DNA of 64,000 nucleotides from Octopus sinensis (taxonomy: Eukaryota), in contig NC_043000.1 in the NCBI RefSeq assembly GCF_006345805.1, positions 121,086,001 to 121,150,000 of the forward strand, read 5' to 3'. Below are positions 27,144-37,972 of this stretch, in pieces (within the stretch, counting starts at the first letter, position 1; every line of letters begins with the position of its first letter). A program made the position numbers and the translations under genes. Below the pieces are notes generated by a model. It ran no database searches. It was not told the DNA's origin and saw nothing but the letters and a program-made list of their open reading frames with translations.

Positions 27144-27691
27144 ACAACATTCCACAACTAAATCAAGACCCACGCCTGAAAAAAATACTGGCAGCTCATA
27201 AAATAATAAAAAGTAAGAGACAACCTAAATCCCTAAAAAACCTCCTCACCAACGCAAAATTACACAACACAAACCCACCGCCCACCATCAAAAAATGTGG
27301 TCGCCCCAACTGCAGGACTTGCATCCACCTCATTGAGGGATCGACGTACAAGTTCCACTCGGGACACACATTCATTATAAAAAATAATTTCACGTGCGCA
27401 CCAAAAAATTTACTCTACGTCATAAGGTGTGAAGGATTCCACGAAGACTACATAGGGCAAACGAGCCTTACCCTCAGCGAAAGAATGACAGTTCACCGAC
27501 AACAACTGAGGGACCCCTCCACAAGACAGATACCACTAAGTGGACACTTAGACCTTTGTGCACACAATAAGTCCCCCAAATTCTTAGTCTTCCCACTATA
27601 CCAATGCTCGGACAACACCACAGACCAAACTCGAATAAATAGGGAAAGTAATCTTATTCAAAAATACAGACCACAACTAAACATACTCTAA
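27142..27691 (+). mobile_element. 5'-truncated Penelope-like element: Cys linker plus GIY-YIG endonuclease
   Basis: RQPKSLKNLLT...CGRPNCRTC...FTCAPKNLLYVIRC..DYIGQT..LSERMTVH...RESNLIQKYRPQLN; starts directly after (TA)n. Confidence 0.92.
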
Positions 27692-27844
27692 CATACCCCC
27701 TAGGAACACATCCAGAGCAAGCACACAGGGACACGCGCACACTCGCAGCATATCGTGCGGGCGGACACATGCGCGCATCGGCACACATAGGGCACACTAG
27801 CGGACATTGACCGCACACATACGCGGCACGCACACGCATGCATT

Positions 27845-28000
27845 ATATATATGTAGGTTATGTATGTGTGTGAGTGTAGTGTGTGTGTGTGTGCGTGTGC
27901 GCGTTGTGTGTGTGTGTGTGCGTGTGTATATGTGTGTGTGTGTGCACTGTGTGTGTGTGTGTGTGCATTGTGTGCGTGTGTATGTATTTACATGTGTATT

Positions 28001-28044
<44 letters not shown>

Positions 28045-28908
28045 TGTGTATGTGTATGCATGGTATGTGTGTATATGTGAGTACATTGTTTGTGTGTGTG
28101 TGCGGTATGTAGAGATATATTTGTGTGTGTACGCTATAGGTATGTATTTTGTGTGTGTGTGTGTGAATTTTATATATATATGTGTGTGCATGTGTGTGAA
28201 TATATATATCTATATATATATATATATGCATATATATGTGTGTATAAATATGTGCATTATTTGCATGTGCATTGTGTATATGTATATTGTATGTATGTGT
28301 ATTGTATATGTATGTGTACAATTATGTGTATATTGTAGGTGTGTTATATATGCATGAATACATGTATATACATTGCATGTATATATATGTATGCATTGTG
28401 TATGTGTATGTTATGTGTGTGTGTATATATATGTTATATGTATGCGTACGTGTATATGTATACATTGTATGTATGTATATTGTGTGTATATGTGGTATAT
28501 TTATGTATGTGTATGTAAACACTATTTATATGTATATATGTATATATGTATATGCATTGTCTATATATATATATTATATGTATGTATTGTGTATGTATAT
28601 TGTATGTATATATTGTGTATGTGTATTATAAGTATGCTGTGTATGTGTATTGTATGTATATATGTGCTAGGTGTATTTGTGTTATATTTATATTATGTAT
28701 GTATGTGTGCGTGTGTTGTGTGTGTGTTGTGTGTGTGTGTGTTATATATGTGTGTGTATTATATATAAATACATGTTATATGTGTGTGCTGTGTGTATAT
28801 TATATATGTGTGTGCGTTGTGCATGTGTGTGTTCTGTATGTGTGTGTGTTGTGTGTGTGTGTTGCGTGTTTGTATATTATGTGTGTGTGTTGTGTGTGTG
28901 TATGTGTG
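27845..28908. repeat. ~1.06-kb scrambled (TG)/(TA) low-complexity tract
   Basis: Imperfect TG/TA dinucleotides with no stable period; C is scarce on the plus strand. Confidence 0.9.
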
Positions 28909-29149
28909 TGACAAACAGACGCCGTCTGACCAGATACTACGGGCACACAGACACATCTATTCACACACACGCAGAGAGACACACATACTCACCTCATGAT
29001 AACCCCAAAATCATTGATACTTGAAGGGAAGCCATAAACAGAACAAAACGGGTACATTTCTCTCAATTCAACATTTTTGCTAAAACGAACATGTCAGTAA
29101 AAACAAACTCTCGCCTTCAATTCATAATATTCTGTACGGACCCTGAGAT

Positions 29150-29525
29150 GTATAATATATTCATTTAAATTTTTTCTGTCAATTTTTCAAATATTCTCAC
29201 CATACTATTGCACCTCCTTATGTCTTTAATATGTCCTTTTTACCAAAGACTGTATATATATACATGTAATGTGACAATTTGCAACAACCAATAATTAACG
29301 CAACCAAATTTCCAATAATATATCTCTTTTATTCTTTTCTGCCAATTTTTTCAAATATTCTCATCACAGTGTTGAACTTCTTTATGCCCTTAACATATCC
29401 CTGTTACCAAACACTATATTTATACATGTAACGTGACAATTATGTAAAAAACTTTTTTGAATTCATAATATTCAATGTGGCAATTATGTAAAAAAACTTT
29501 TTTGAAATCATAATATTCTATGTTA
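29150..29525. repeat. Diverged tandem duplications (~165-bp and ~45-bp units)
   Basis: TTTTCTG(T/C)CAATTTTTCAAATATTCTCA...TACATGTAA(T/C)GTGACAATT occurs twice; ATGTAAAAACTTTTTTGAA(T/A)TCATAATATTC occurs twice. Confidence 0.75.
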
Positions 29526-29647
29526 CTTTTGACAATCTTTTTCCAAAGAGTGAAACCGGTTAAGTAAATAAACATCTTTTAAATTGCATTTTCAAAACTT
29601 CTTTCGTATATAATTCCACTCGTGCGATACCCCACAACTCAACTTTG

Positions 29648-29698
<51 letters not shown>

Positions 29699-29774
29699 TT
29701 TATATATATATATAAATTTTCGCTATGTATATACATAGCGAAAATTTACAAAAGATTGACGTAGTAGTAGTAGC

Positions 29775-30070
29775 CCAGCTAGAATTTTCTTCAGGTCAAG
29801 TAGCCCATCCCGGTCAAAGGGTCCATGAATAAGGGTTGTTTAAGGACATTAAACGAAGTCTCCAAAGTTCAATTATCCAAGCCGCAAAGAATCCCAAACA
29901 ACACATGGCTGTGATGCTCCCTCACTGCATCTGCTTGTCATCAGATATACACATATCGTCAGCCACTAAGGAACATGTTCAACCGGTTAAGGTAAACCAA
30001 GTGACAAGCAAATCTCTGGTATTGAGCAGAATATTTGCTCTAGCCCATCTTTTATACCAAGACAAAACAA
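29775..30070 (+). mobile_element. Interspersed repeat family D, 3' part (class unknown)
   Basis: GCCCAG.TAGAATTTTCTTCAGG..AGTAGCCCATCCC...GTCAGCCACTAA...GGTATTGAGCAGAATATTTGCT..ACCAAGACAAAACA is colinear with 58450-58740. Confidence 0.8.
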
Positions 30071-30731
30071 AGCACCTGCAACAGCAGCAGCAGCAGTAAT
30101 AGTAGTAGCAGTAGAAGTAGTAGTAGTATTAGTAGTGGTGGTGGTGGTGTTGGTTGCGGTGGCATATTATTTGCTGCAGCAGCACCAGTGGTCGCAGAAT
30201 CAGAAGTAGAAGTAATTTTCTCAAACAGAAAGAAAATAAAACAGCATGAAATTCTGCAGAGGAAATACTAGAATTTTTTTTTACCGTTTATTAATGGGAC
30301 ATTATGAAGTCTTTAGTAAAACATTAAAAACAACAAAAAACAGAAAAGAAATTGAACTAACACTTTTCAGTTATTAAATATTCTTGGAATGGAGTCGGTT
30401 TGAATTTTATGGAGATGTCACACAGTTTTTACCGCTTTTATTTCTAAAGCAGGATTTGTTTTGAAAGTAGTTGCCTAATAGCAGTGACTTCAATATAATT
30501 TGTACTAACTATAAATGAATAGTTCATTTTTACTTCAAAGTAAACAGTATGAAGTACGGTGACAAAAATCATTTCAGTTGTTTACAACTTTCTCGTTACG
30601 CTAATTTTTAAAGAAAATAACACGACAACATGCAAGGAGAATGATTCACGCGTTTTTTTAACGATGCCAGGTGTAACGAATTTTCAGTAAAGTTGTTCTG
30701 TACATTGGTATAACTGTTACTCTATATCACT

Positions 30732-30780
<49 letters not shown>

Positions 30781-30792
30781 TGATGATGATGA

Positions 30793-31485
30793 TAAGTATT
30801 TTGGGATTTTGGAAATGGATAAATTGATGGAGAAAGAAATGACAGAAAAGTTTAAGAAGTACTTGCGCAGACTGAGACTGATCCTTCAGTCGAAATTAAA
30901 CGGACTGAATAAGATCGAAGCTATCAACACTTGGGCGGTTTCACTCCTTAGATGTGGAGCAGGGCTAATCACATGGACAGTAGACGAATTAAACAGCTTA
31001 GATCAAGACAAGGAAGTTGCTAACTAGATATGGGGCACTCCATCCAAAAAGTGACACAGACACACTGTATGTACCAGTAAAAAGACTTCTTGGATGCAAA
31101 CACATCATTAGAGCATAGGAAAACAACATAGCATGGTATGTAAACATGCCACAGAACCGCTATTATTAGAAATAAGAAACTCAGGGTTGTGTAGGATGAA
31201 AGATTGCAAAGATAAAGCACTATACAGGACATTGAAAACGAATGAAACTGGAAATAGGTGGGTAAAGAATATATGCATCGTCAATTTCATAGGGATGTTG
31301 AAGATGAGACAGACAGAGATAAAATATGGCTGTGGCTGACTGAAAGTGATTTAAAATCGGAAACGTTGGCTCTAATCTGCGCTGATTAAGAGCAAGCACT
31401 AAAAACTAACTATATAAAATGCAGAATAGACAGCACATCAGAAAGTGATAAGTGCAGAATCTGTGGACAAAACGGTAAAACCAAG
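30793..31485 (+). mobile_element. R4/Dong-clade LINE remnant (post-RT region to CCHC knuckle)
   Basis: KYFGILE..KYLRRLRLILQSKLNGLNKIEAINTWAVSLLR...GALHPKSD...WLWLTESDLKSETLALICA..KCRID...KCRICG. The 5' end abuts (AAT)n(GAT)n at 30735-30792. Confidence 0.88.
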
Positions 31486-33597
31486 AAAGCAATGCTTATT
31501 TGAAGTATATGCCATTGTAGAGGCAAATAAATTCCATAGTCAGTGTCGAAGAATTCTGTTCAGAAAACGGAATCCAGCCGATTCCGAAATCAAATAATTT
31601 GGTTATAATCGACAGGTATTGTAAAGTATAAGCAACAAAGCTGCTTTTAAGTAGAATGAGCTCCAGGAATACATAATTCCACTCAATCAATATACTCGTT
31701 AGACATAAGTATTTCAAGTTGATCTTTGTTTAATCTTATTGCACTGTGTTGTTTGCTAGAGGTGATAAACCTACAAGATAAGATAATTCGCTCTTCTTAT
31801 AAAAACATTTCCCAACAGACTTCATCTGTGTATTCATAATATTGATGTTAGCTTTTGTAATTTTTTTTTATTCACGTTTCTGTGTTTTTAACGAAAATAA
31901 GATTATAAATAAGCGAAACTGCATATTTAAACTTATTATGAATCTCCATTCTTGCTGGAAGGATTGTTTTTAAAATGTCGATGATTCAAACATATTTAAA
32001 GTGAATATCTAACTTTAGGTTATTTATCATTGACTGTATTAACGATTTAACGTGCCTACCGAGAATAACAGCTCTGAGTTGTGTCATATCCAAGGAAAAA
32101 AAAGCGTTATTTTTTTATATCTTTAATTTATCGGCAATGCTAAGCTTTTCGGGGACGTTATATGGAATATTCCTTCCAGCAACACATCAATATCAAATTA
32201 TTGGATTTCGGTACTTTACTTGTGACATAAGTATTAACTCTTCTAAATATCCATATAAAGTGCTTGAGAAAAGATTTTACGAAAAAAAAAAAACACCTCA
32301 GAAATCTAGTGCAATGTGATTTTGTAATCTGAAAGCAATTAGTTTGAAGTGTCTGCTATTGATGGGTGGAAAAATGTACAAAAAAAAATAAATAAATAAA
32401 ATTGGTGCCAGATCGATGCCGCAAAATATCTGGAAGTTACGATAAAAGAGTGCTTTCTAAAATTCTATTCAGATTTCGATATCTGTGTAACAGGAAACCC
32501 GGTCTGGAAAGAGAAAAGAGAAACTAGAGTAGGAAGTGGAAATGATTTTCAAAAGCTGGATATTAACAAAGAATCGTTGGTATCGAAATAAGCGATGGGA
32601 AATTAGTTTTTGTATTTTGTTTCCCCAAATATTGGCTGTTCAGTTTATAATTAATGGCTACTGGCAGTATGATCTGCAGTCATAACATCTGATAGAATTC
32701 TGATCAGGAAGCATAAGCGTAGTTATTTTTAGAGATGGAACTTAAGCGTGATCCGGCGTCTATTGAGTGGCTGAACAGCAAAACATAATAAACAAAACCG
32801 CCATTTTTATTATTCAATATGCCCTCACCGCGTAAAAGTTATACTTGAAATGATGTGTAATCCTTTGTCTCTAATTACATAACATTAATACGAAAATGAT
32901 AACTAGAGATTAGAAGGTTTATTTTAAAAGAATGTGATATCATATTACAATAAATAAACACACAGCATGTAATATCTAATACAAGTGATATGTAAGATTC
33001 AATATTTAGCATTAGTATTTAATAAAATATCTTTCACATGCTCGCCGTCAGAAGCTTATATTAACTAATAATACATGAAAATCAGTATTAAATTTATTTG
33101 GAAGATAATCCTATCATTGTGGTTGAATGCTACTGAAAAGAAGATTCAATGTCAGTTCACAATTATGAGAAAAAAAGATATGTACTCTATAAATTTAGAA
33201 TAATTTATTTCGTCGAGTTGATTTGGTATGAATTATGAAAGTTATTTAAAAGGAATTATCACTTTCAATTAAATTTCTCCCTTCACGTTAATCAATGTGT
33301 TCGATCAAACTGGAAATTAACAAAATCTGTGAGACAAACTTTCAAAAGAACATCAAAATAAACGTTTTTTTTCATAACATTCAAATAATATTTCAAAAAG
33401 TATATGCAAACAGCAAATATTTCAAAGGTAAAGCAGGATCGGACAATTGGCTCATGATCGGAAATGTGTGACCACTGGTACTGAAAATTGGTGTCTTTCA
33501 GTTCTAATGTATTAAAGAATGGTGTACTCCGGTATTGAGTACATATAAATACATATCAATACATACACACACAGACACACAGACACAGACACACACA

Positions 33598-33646
<49 letters not shown>

Positions 33647-34060
33647 ATTACATATATGTATATATATATATCGTGAAGTATATTTTCCACTTAAATGTGG
33701 CTAACCCCTAAGGGTAGATGCTACTGTAGCTGGTAGCCCAAGGAGGACACCTCCTCCAGCTGGCTATGTATATATATGTATATATATACATTTCTTTCCG
33801 ATGTATTTAGCATAAAGGTAAACCTACTTCTCATATGTTCATTGCATTGATCGTGTGTATCTGAATCGTGAGTTTATGGTGGTTTTTGGAGCATTGGTTC
33901 TGATTTTAACAAGTGGTATTATATACCCTATTGAATCTAAATGTACCATGTATTGTGCCTGTAACGGTGTAGACACGGTGGCCACCTTATTATTACCTGA
34001 TTAATACTAATGATAACGGCAATAATACCTCTTTATATATAAACACACACGCATATATAT

Positions 34061-34092
<32 letters not shown>

Positions 34093-34339
34093 CATAAATA
34101 TATAAACACACACATATATATATATACATACATATAAACACATATATACATATACGTATAAACATATATATACATACATATAAACATACATATATATATG
34201 TATTTATATATATATACATATAAACATATATATATATATAAATAAATATACATAGACATATATATACATACATGTATATATATTCATTTATATGTGCATT
34301 TATGCATATATACATATAATTATTATTATTATTATTATT

Positions 34340-34582
34340 ATTAATGTGGCTAGTCGCAGTTTAAGCCCAAAAGGCACTAGTGACAAAGGGTGAATGTAAA
34401 CACCAAAAGTGGTAGAAATAACAGTTAAAACAACTCTCAGCCACGAACAGAATATTTTACAAAAGCACTTATCTATTGATTGACAAGGGAGAAAACTCCC
34501 TTAGCAAGTGAAGCGCCATATTTCGTATCAAATTCTTCCTCATCTGTGACGCTACTCTCTTGCTTAGGGTTAAAGCTAACTC

Positions 34583-34590
<8 letters not shown>
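34340..34590 (-). mobile_element. Short microsatellite-embedded repeat carrying a degenerate HHR-like motif
   Basis: Lies between (ATT)n and (TA)n. Minus strand AGCGTCA-CAGATGA-...-GAAA-TA-TGGCGCT at 34512-34553. Confidence 0.45.
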
Positions 34591-34620
<30 letters not shown>

Positions 34621-34685
34621 CGCGGGAGTGTTGATAAGCACCTAGTTTTGGGTAAAAGAATACACAGTAGTATAATTTAATTAGT

Positions 34686-34932
34686 GGAGACGCGTGACTC
34701 AGTTGTTAGGGTGTTGGACTCATGATCGTAAAGTTGTGGTTTCGATTCCTGGACCGGGCGGTGCATTGTGTTCTTGAGCAAAACACTTAATTTTCACGTT
34801 GATCCAGTCCATTCACCTGGCAAAAATGAGTAAACCTGCGACGGACCGGCGTCCCGTCCAGGTGGGGAATTTCTACGCCATTGAAACCGGGAAACCGGCC
34901 CCTATCAGCCAGGCTTGGTTCGAGAAGGAACA
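34686..34932 (+). mobile_element. tRNA-derived SINE (distinct family)
   Basis: GGAGACGCGTGACTCAGTTGTTAGG..GGTTTCGATTCC head, TGTGTTCTTGAGCAAAACACTT body, GAAACCGGGAAACCGG 3' part. Confidence 0.75.
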
Positions 34933-35082
34933 TTTATTTTTTTAATAATTTAATTATGTCTTTATAAAAGATCTTCTCTTCGGAGATTAACACACTCATT
35001 GTAGCAGTCCTTCAGTTCTAAGCCCTGTAAGAAAACTAGGAAAGTTGGCTTTCTAACTAGATCTTCCGCGTGCCCCTTATAG

Positions 35083-35130
<48 letters not shown>

Positions 35131-35400
35131 GCCTAGGAATTGCGGTGTATTAAGAAGTTTACTTTACAACCAGATGTTTCAGTCCTACAACATGCCAGTT
35201 TAGGCAACACTGTCTTTTGCTGCAACCTTTGATCGACTTAAGCATTGTAGGCAGAAACTGAAATAACCTCAATACAACATAAGAATGAAAGAAACTTCGA
35301 TATTATGTAAATAGAGGAATTTATCTGTAAATATAATATGCGACAATTATTCGGTAGCCATGAAAGAAATGCGAGTTTCGGAGTTTTTTTCCGATGCCCG

Positions 35401-35461
35401 GATAACTGAAGAAATGGCGGGGTGGATTTCCACTCCGACATCCGAAACTCGGAGTTTTATT
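35401..35461 (+). ncRNA. Type I minimal hammerhead ribozyme motif (PLE pLTR type), degenerate copy
   Basis: Stem I GATAA/TTATT, CTGAAGA 35406-12, long stem II (ATGGCGGGGTGG/CCACTCCGACAT), GAAA 35444-47, self-complementary stem III ACTC-G-GAGT, UH = TT. The G10.1-C11.1 closing pair is missing. Confidence 0.65.
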
Positions 35462-36759
35462 ATGGCTACCGAATAATTGTCACATATTATATTTACAAAT
35501 ATATATATATATATGCATGTATTATGTATGTATGTATGTATGTATTATGTATGTATGTATGTACATATGTGTGTGTGGTTCAAAATCCTCATTACGTATG
35601 GCACTCCTATGTCATTTCGAGTTTTCATGCTGCAGATGACAGAAAAGGCGAAAACAGAAGAGTAATACTCAATAAACTATAGCGTATATTTTCTAGTTTT
35701 AGAGCGGAACTGACATAAAATTATGAACATACTCAATTAACAACACACAGCATCGGAAATTATATATACGTATAAAAATACTAACTTATTAACTAAAGAA
35801 GCAGAGATAAAAGAATCATAGTAAACACAGACTTAAAATGTCTTAGGAATTAAAGAAAGAACTTACAATTGAAACACCTGTTGAGTAAGGGATATTATAA
35901 ACGTATTAGGTGAATAAATAAAGCAGTTAAAATGCTAATCATAAGGTAGTAAGCTTTAATCCGCTAGCGTTTCAGTAATACGTTAAAGCTATAATACTCT
36001 CAACTGGAAGCTAAATGAATTAGGTAGGCGAGACAAGAAAAACATACCGTCGTTTGTAAACACCGCCGTTAAATCTAATAGAATGATTATATTTTCAATG
36101 AATAGAGAGAAATGTACGGGTTTCAGCAATAATTCCTATGCGGCTATTGTTATAGTGCTACAAAAAATTTATATCTTTTGTAGCACTATCGGATAACACG
36201 TAGAAATTAGTTAAAAAGAAAGACGACCATTTTGGCACCTACAGAGGCATTGTTTGCTTGTGAACTTAAGCCGAGTTAGTTTTTTGTGGTGAACTTCAAA
36301 ACGAGAAAACGGCTAATGCTTCAGTTGACAAGCAGATGTTTATATTTACTATATTAAATTGTTGAAAATGTTTAAGCTACAACATATGCTTTTGCAAAGT
36401 ACTGTTACACTTCAAAATCATAACTAGTTCTAGGGGAACTCTGATGGCAAGGAGGAATGAAATAACCGTGGTTAGACATTATCAGATAGACATTATCAGG
36501 TAAAAATATCCGAAATCATGCGGACTATGGTCAATATATATTGCATATGTTCATCAAATTAGCAGCATTGAAAAAATAACAATTCACAAATCAAAAGTGA
36601 ACCCAAACTATATACGTTCGAATTTTTTGTTTATATGTGCAAAATTGTATAAATAGATGTTAGAATACACAATATCAGAATAAGTAAGAAGAGCTGATTT
36701 TAGGACATTATGTAAAAATATAGGAAAGAATATTTAGATCATAGCTCAACAATCGAATG

Positions 36760-37070
36760 TGGAGGCGCAATGACACAGTGGTTAGAGCAGTGGACTCGCG
36801 GTCGGAGGATCGCGTTTTCGATTCCCAGACCGGGGCGTTGTGTGTGTTTATTGAGCGAAAACACTTAAAAGCTCCACGAGGCTCCGGCAGCGGGTGGTGG
36901 CGACCCCTGTTGTACTCTTTGCCACAACTTTCTCTCACTCTCTCTTCCTATTTCTTGAGTAATGCTGCGATGGACTAGAGTCTCGTCCAGCTGGGGTGGG
37001 GGGGGGCACAGACACCACAGAAACCGGGAAAACGGGTTCATGAGCCTGGCTAGGCTTGAAAAGGGCGACG
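36760..37070 (+). mobile_element. tRNA-derived SINE (distinct family)
   Basis: GGAGGCGCAATGACACAGTGGTTAGAGC..TTTTCGATTCCC head; 3' GAAACCGGGAAAACGGG..GAGCCTGGCTAGGCTT shared with 34686-34932. Confidence 0.75.
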
Positions 37071-37354
37071 TTATACGTTATCAATAATCGAATAGTAACT
37101 GAACAGCGCAGGAAATTCTCATTGAAATACGTATAAGATTTTGGGCAACAGAGACGCAGAAAGATTTCTGCTATATATATCAGCGTGACCTAGTTGTATG
37201 AGGCGTTGCCCACAAGTTCGTAGTTTCGATTCCCAGATCGGGTGGTGCGTTGTGTCATTTCTCATTACTCCACAAATCTCAGCTGTATTTGGCATTTTTT
37301 CCATCTTAGGCTTTTTAAATCCAATTCAACTAAAGCTATTATTTATTGTATATA

Positions 37355-37972
37355 AAGCAGTAAACTGGCAGACTCGTTAGTATGCAGGGCGAAATGCTTA
37401 GCGGTATTTCGTCTGCCGCTGCGTTCTGAGTTCAAATTCCGCCGAGGTCGACTTTGCCTTTTATCCTTTCGAGGCCAATTAAATAAGTACCAGTTACACA
37501 CTGGGGTCGACAAAATCGACTTAATTCGGTTGTCTGTCCTTGTTTGTCCCCTCTGTGTTTAGCCCCTTGTGGGTAGTAAAGAAATAGGTATTTGGTCTGC
37601 CACAACGTTCTGAGTTCAAATTCCACCGAGGTCGACTTTGCCTCTCATCCTTTCGGGGTCGATTAAGTAAGTACCAGTTACGGACTGGGGTTGATGTAAT
37701 CGACTTAATCCGCTTGTCTGTCCTTGTTTGTCCCCCCCATTTATGTAGCCCCTTGTGGACAGTAAAGAAATAAGAATCGTTAGCATGCCGGGCGAAATGC
37801 ATAGCGGCATTTCGATCGAGCTTAGGTTCTGATTTCACATTTTGCCGAGTTCTACATTACTATCATCCTTTTGGGGTCGATATAATAACTACCTACACAT
37901 TAGTGGGGTCGATGAAATAGAGTTATCCCCTCCCCCGAAACTGCTGGCATTGTGATAAAATTTGAAATCATT
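37355..37972 (+). mobile_element. SINE family B trimer (alpha-alpha-beta)
   Basis: Head+core+alpha, B-box-start core+alpha, then AGAATCGTTAGC-start core+beta. Confidence 0.88.

Noticed and set aside
28985-29040. CTCATGA...GGGAAG as an HHR or SECIS downstream of the PLE
   Set aside because: Stems pair poorly, GAAA is absent, and the PLE ORF has no in-frame UGA to motivate a SECIS.
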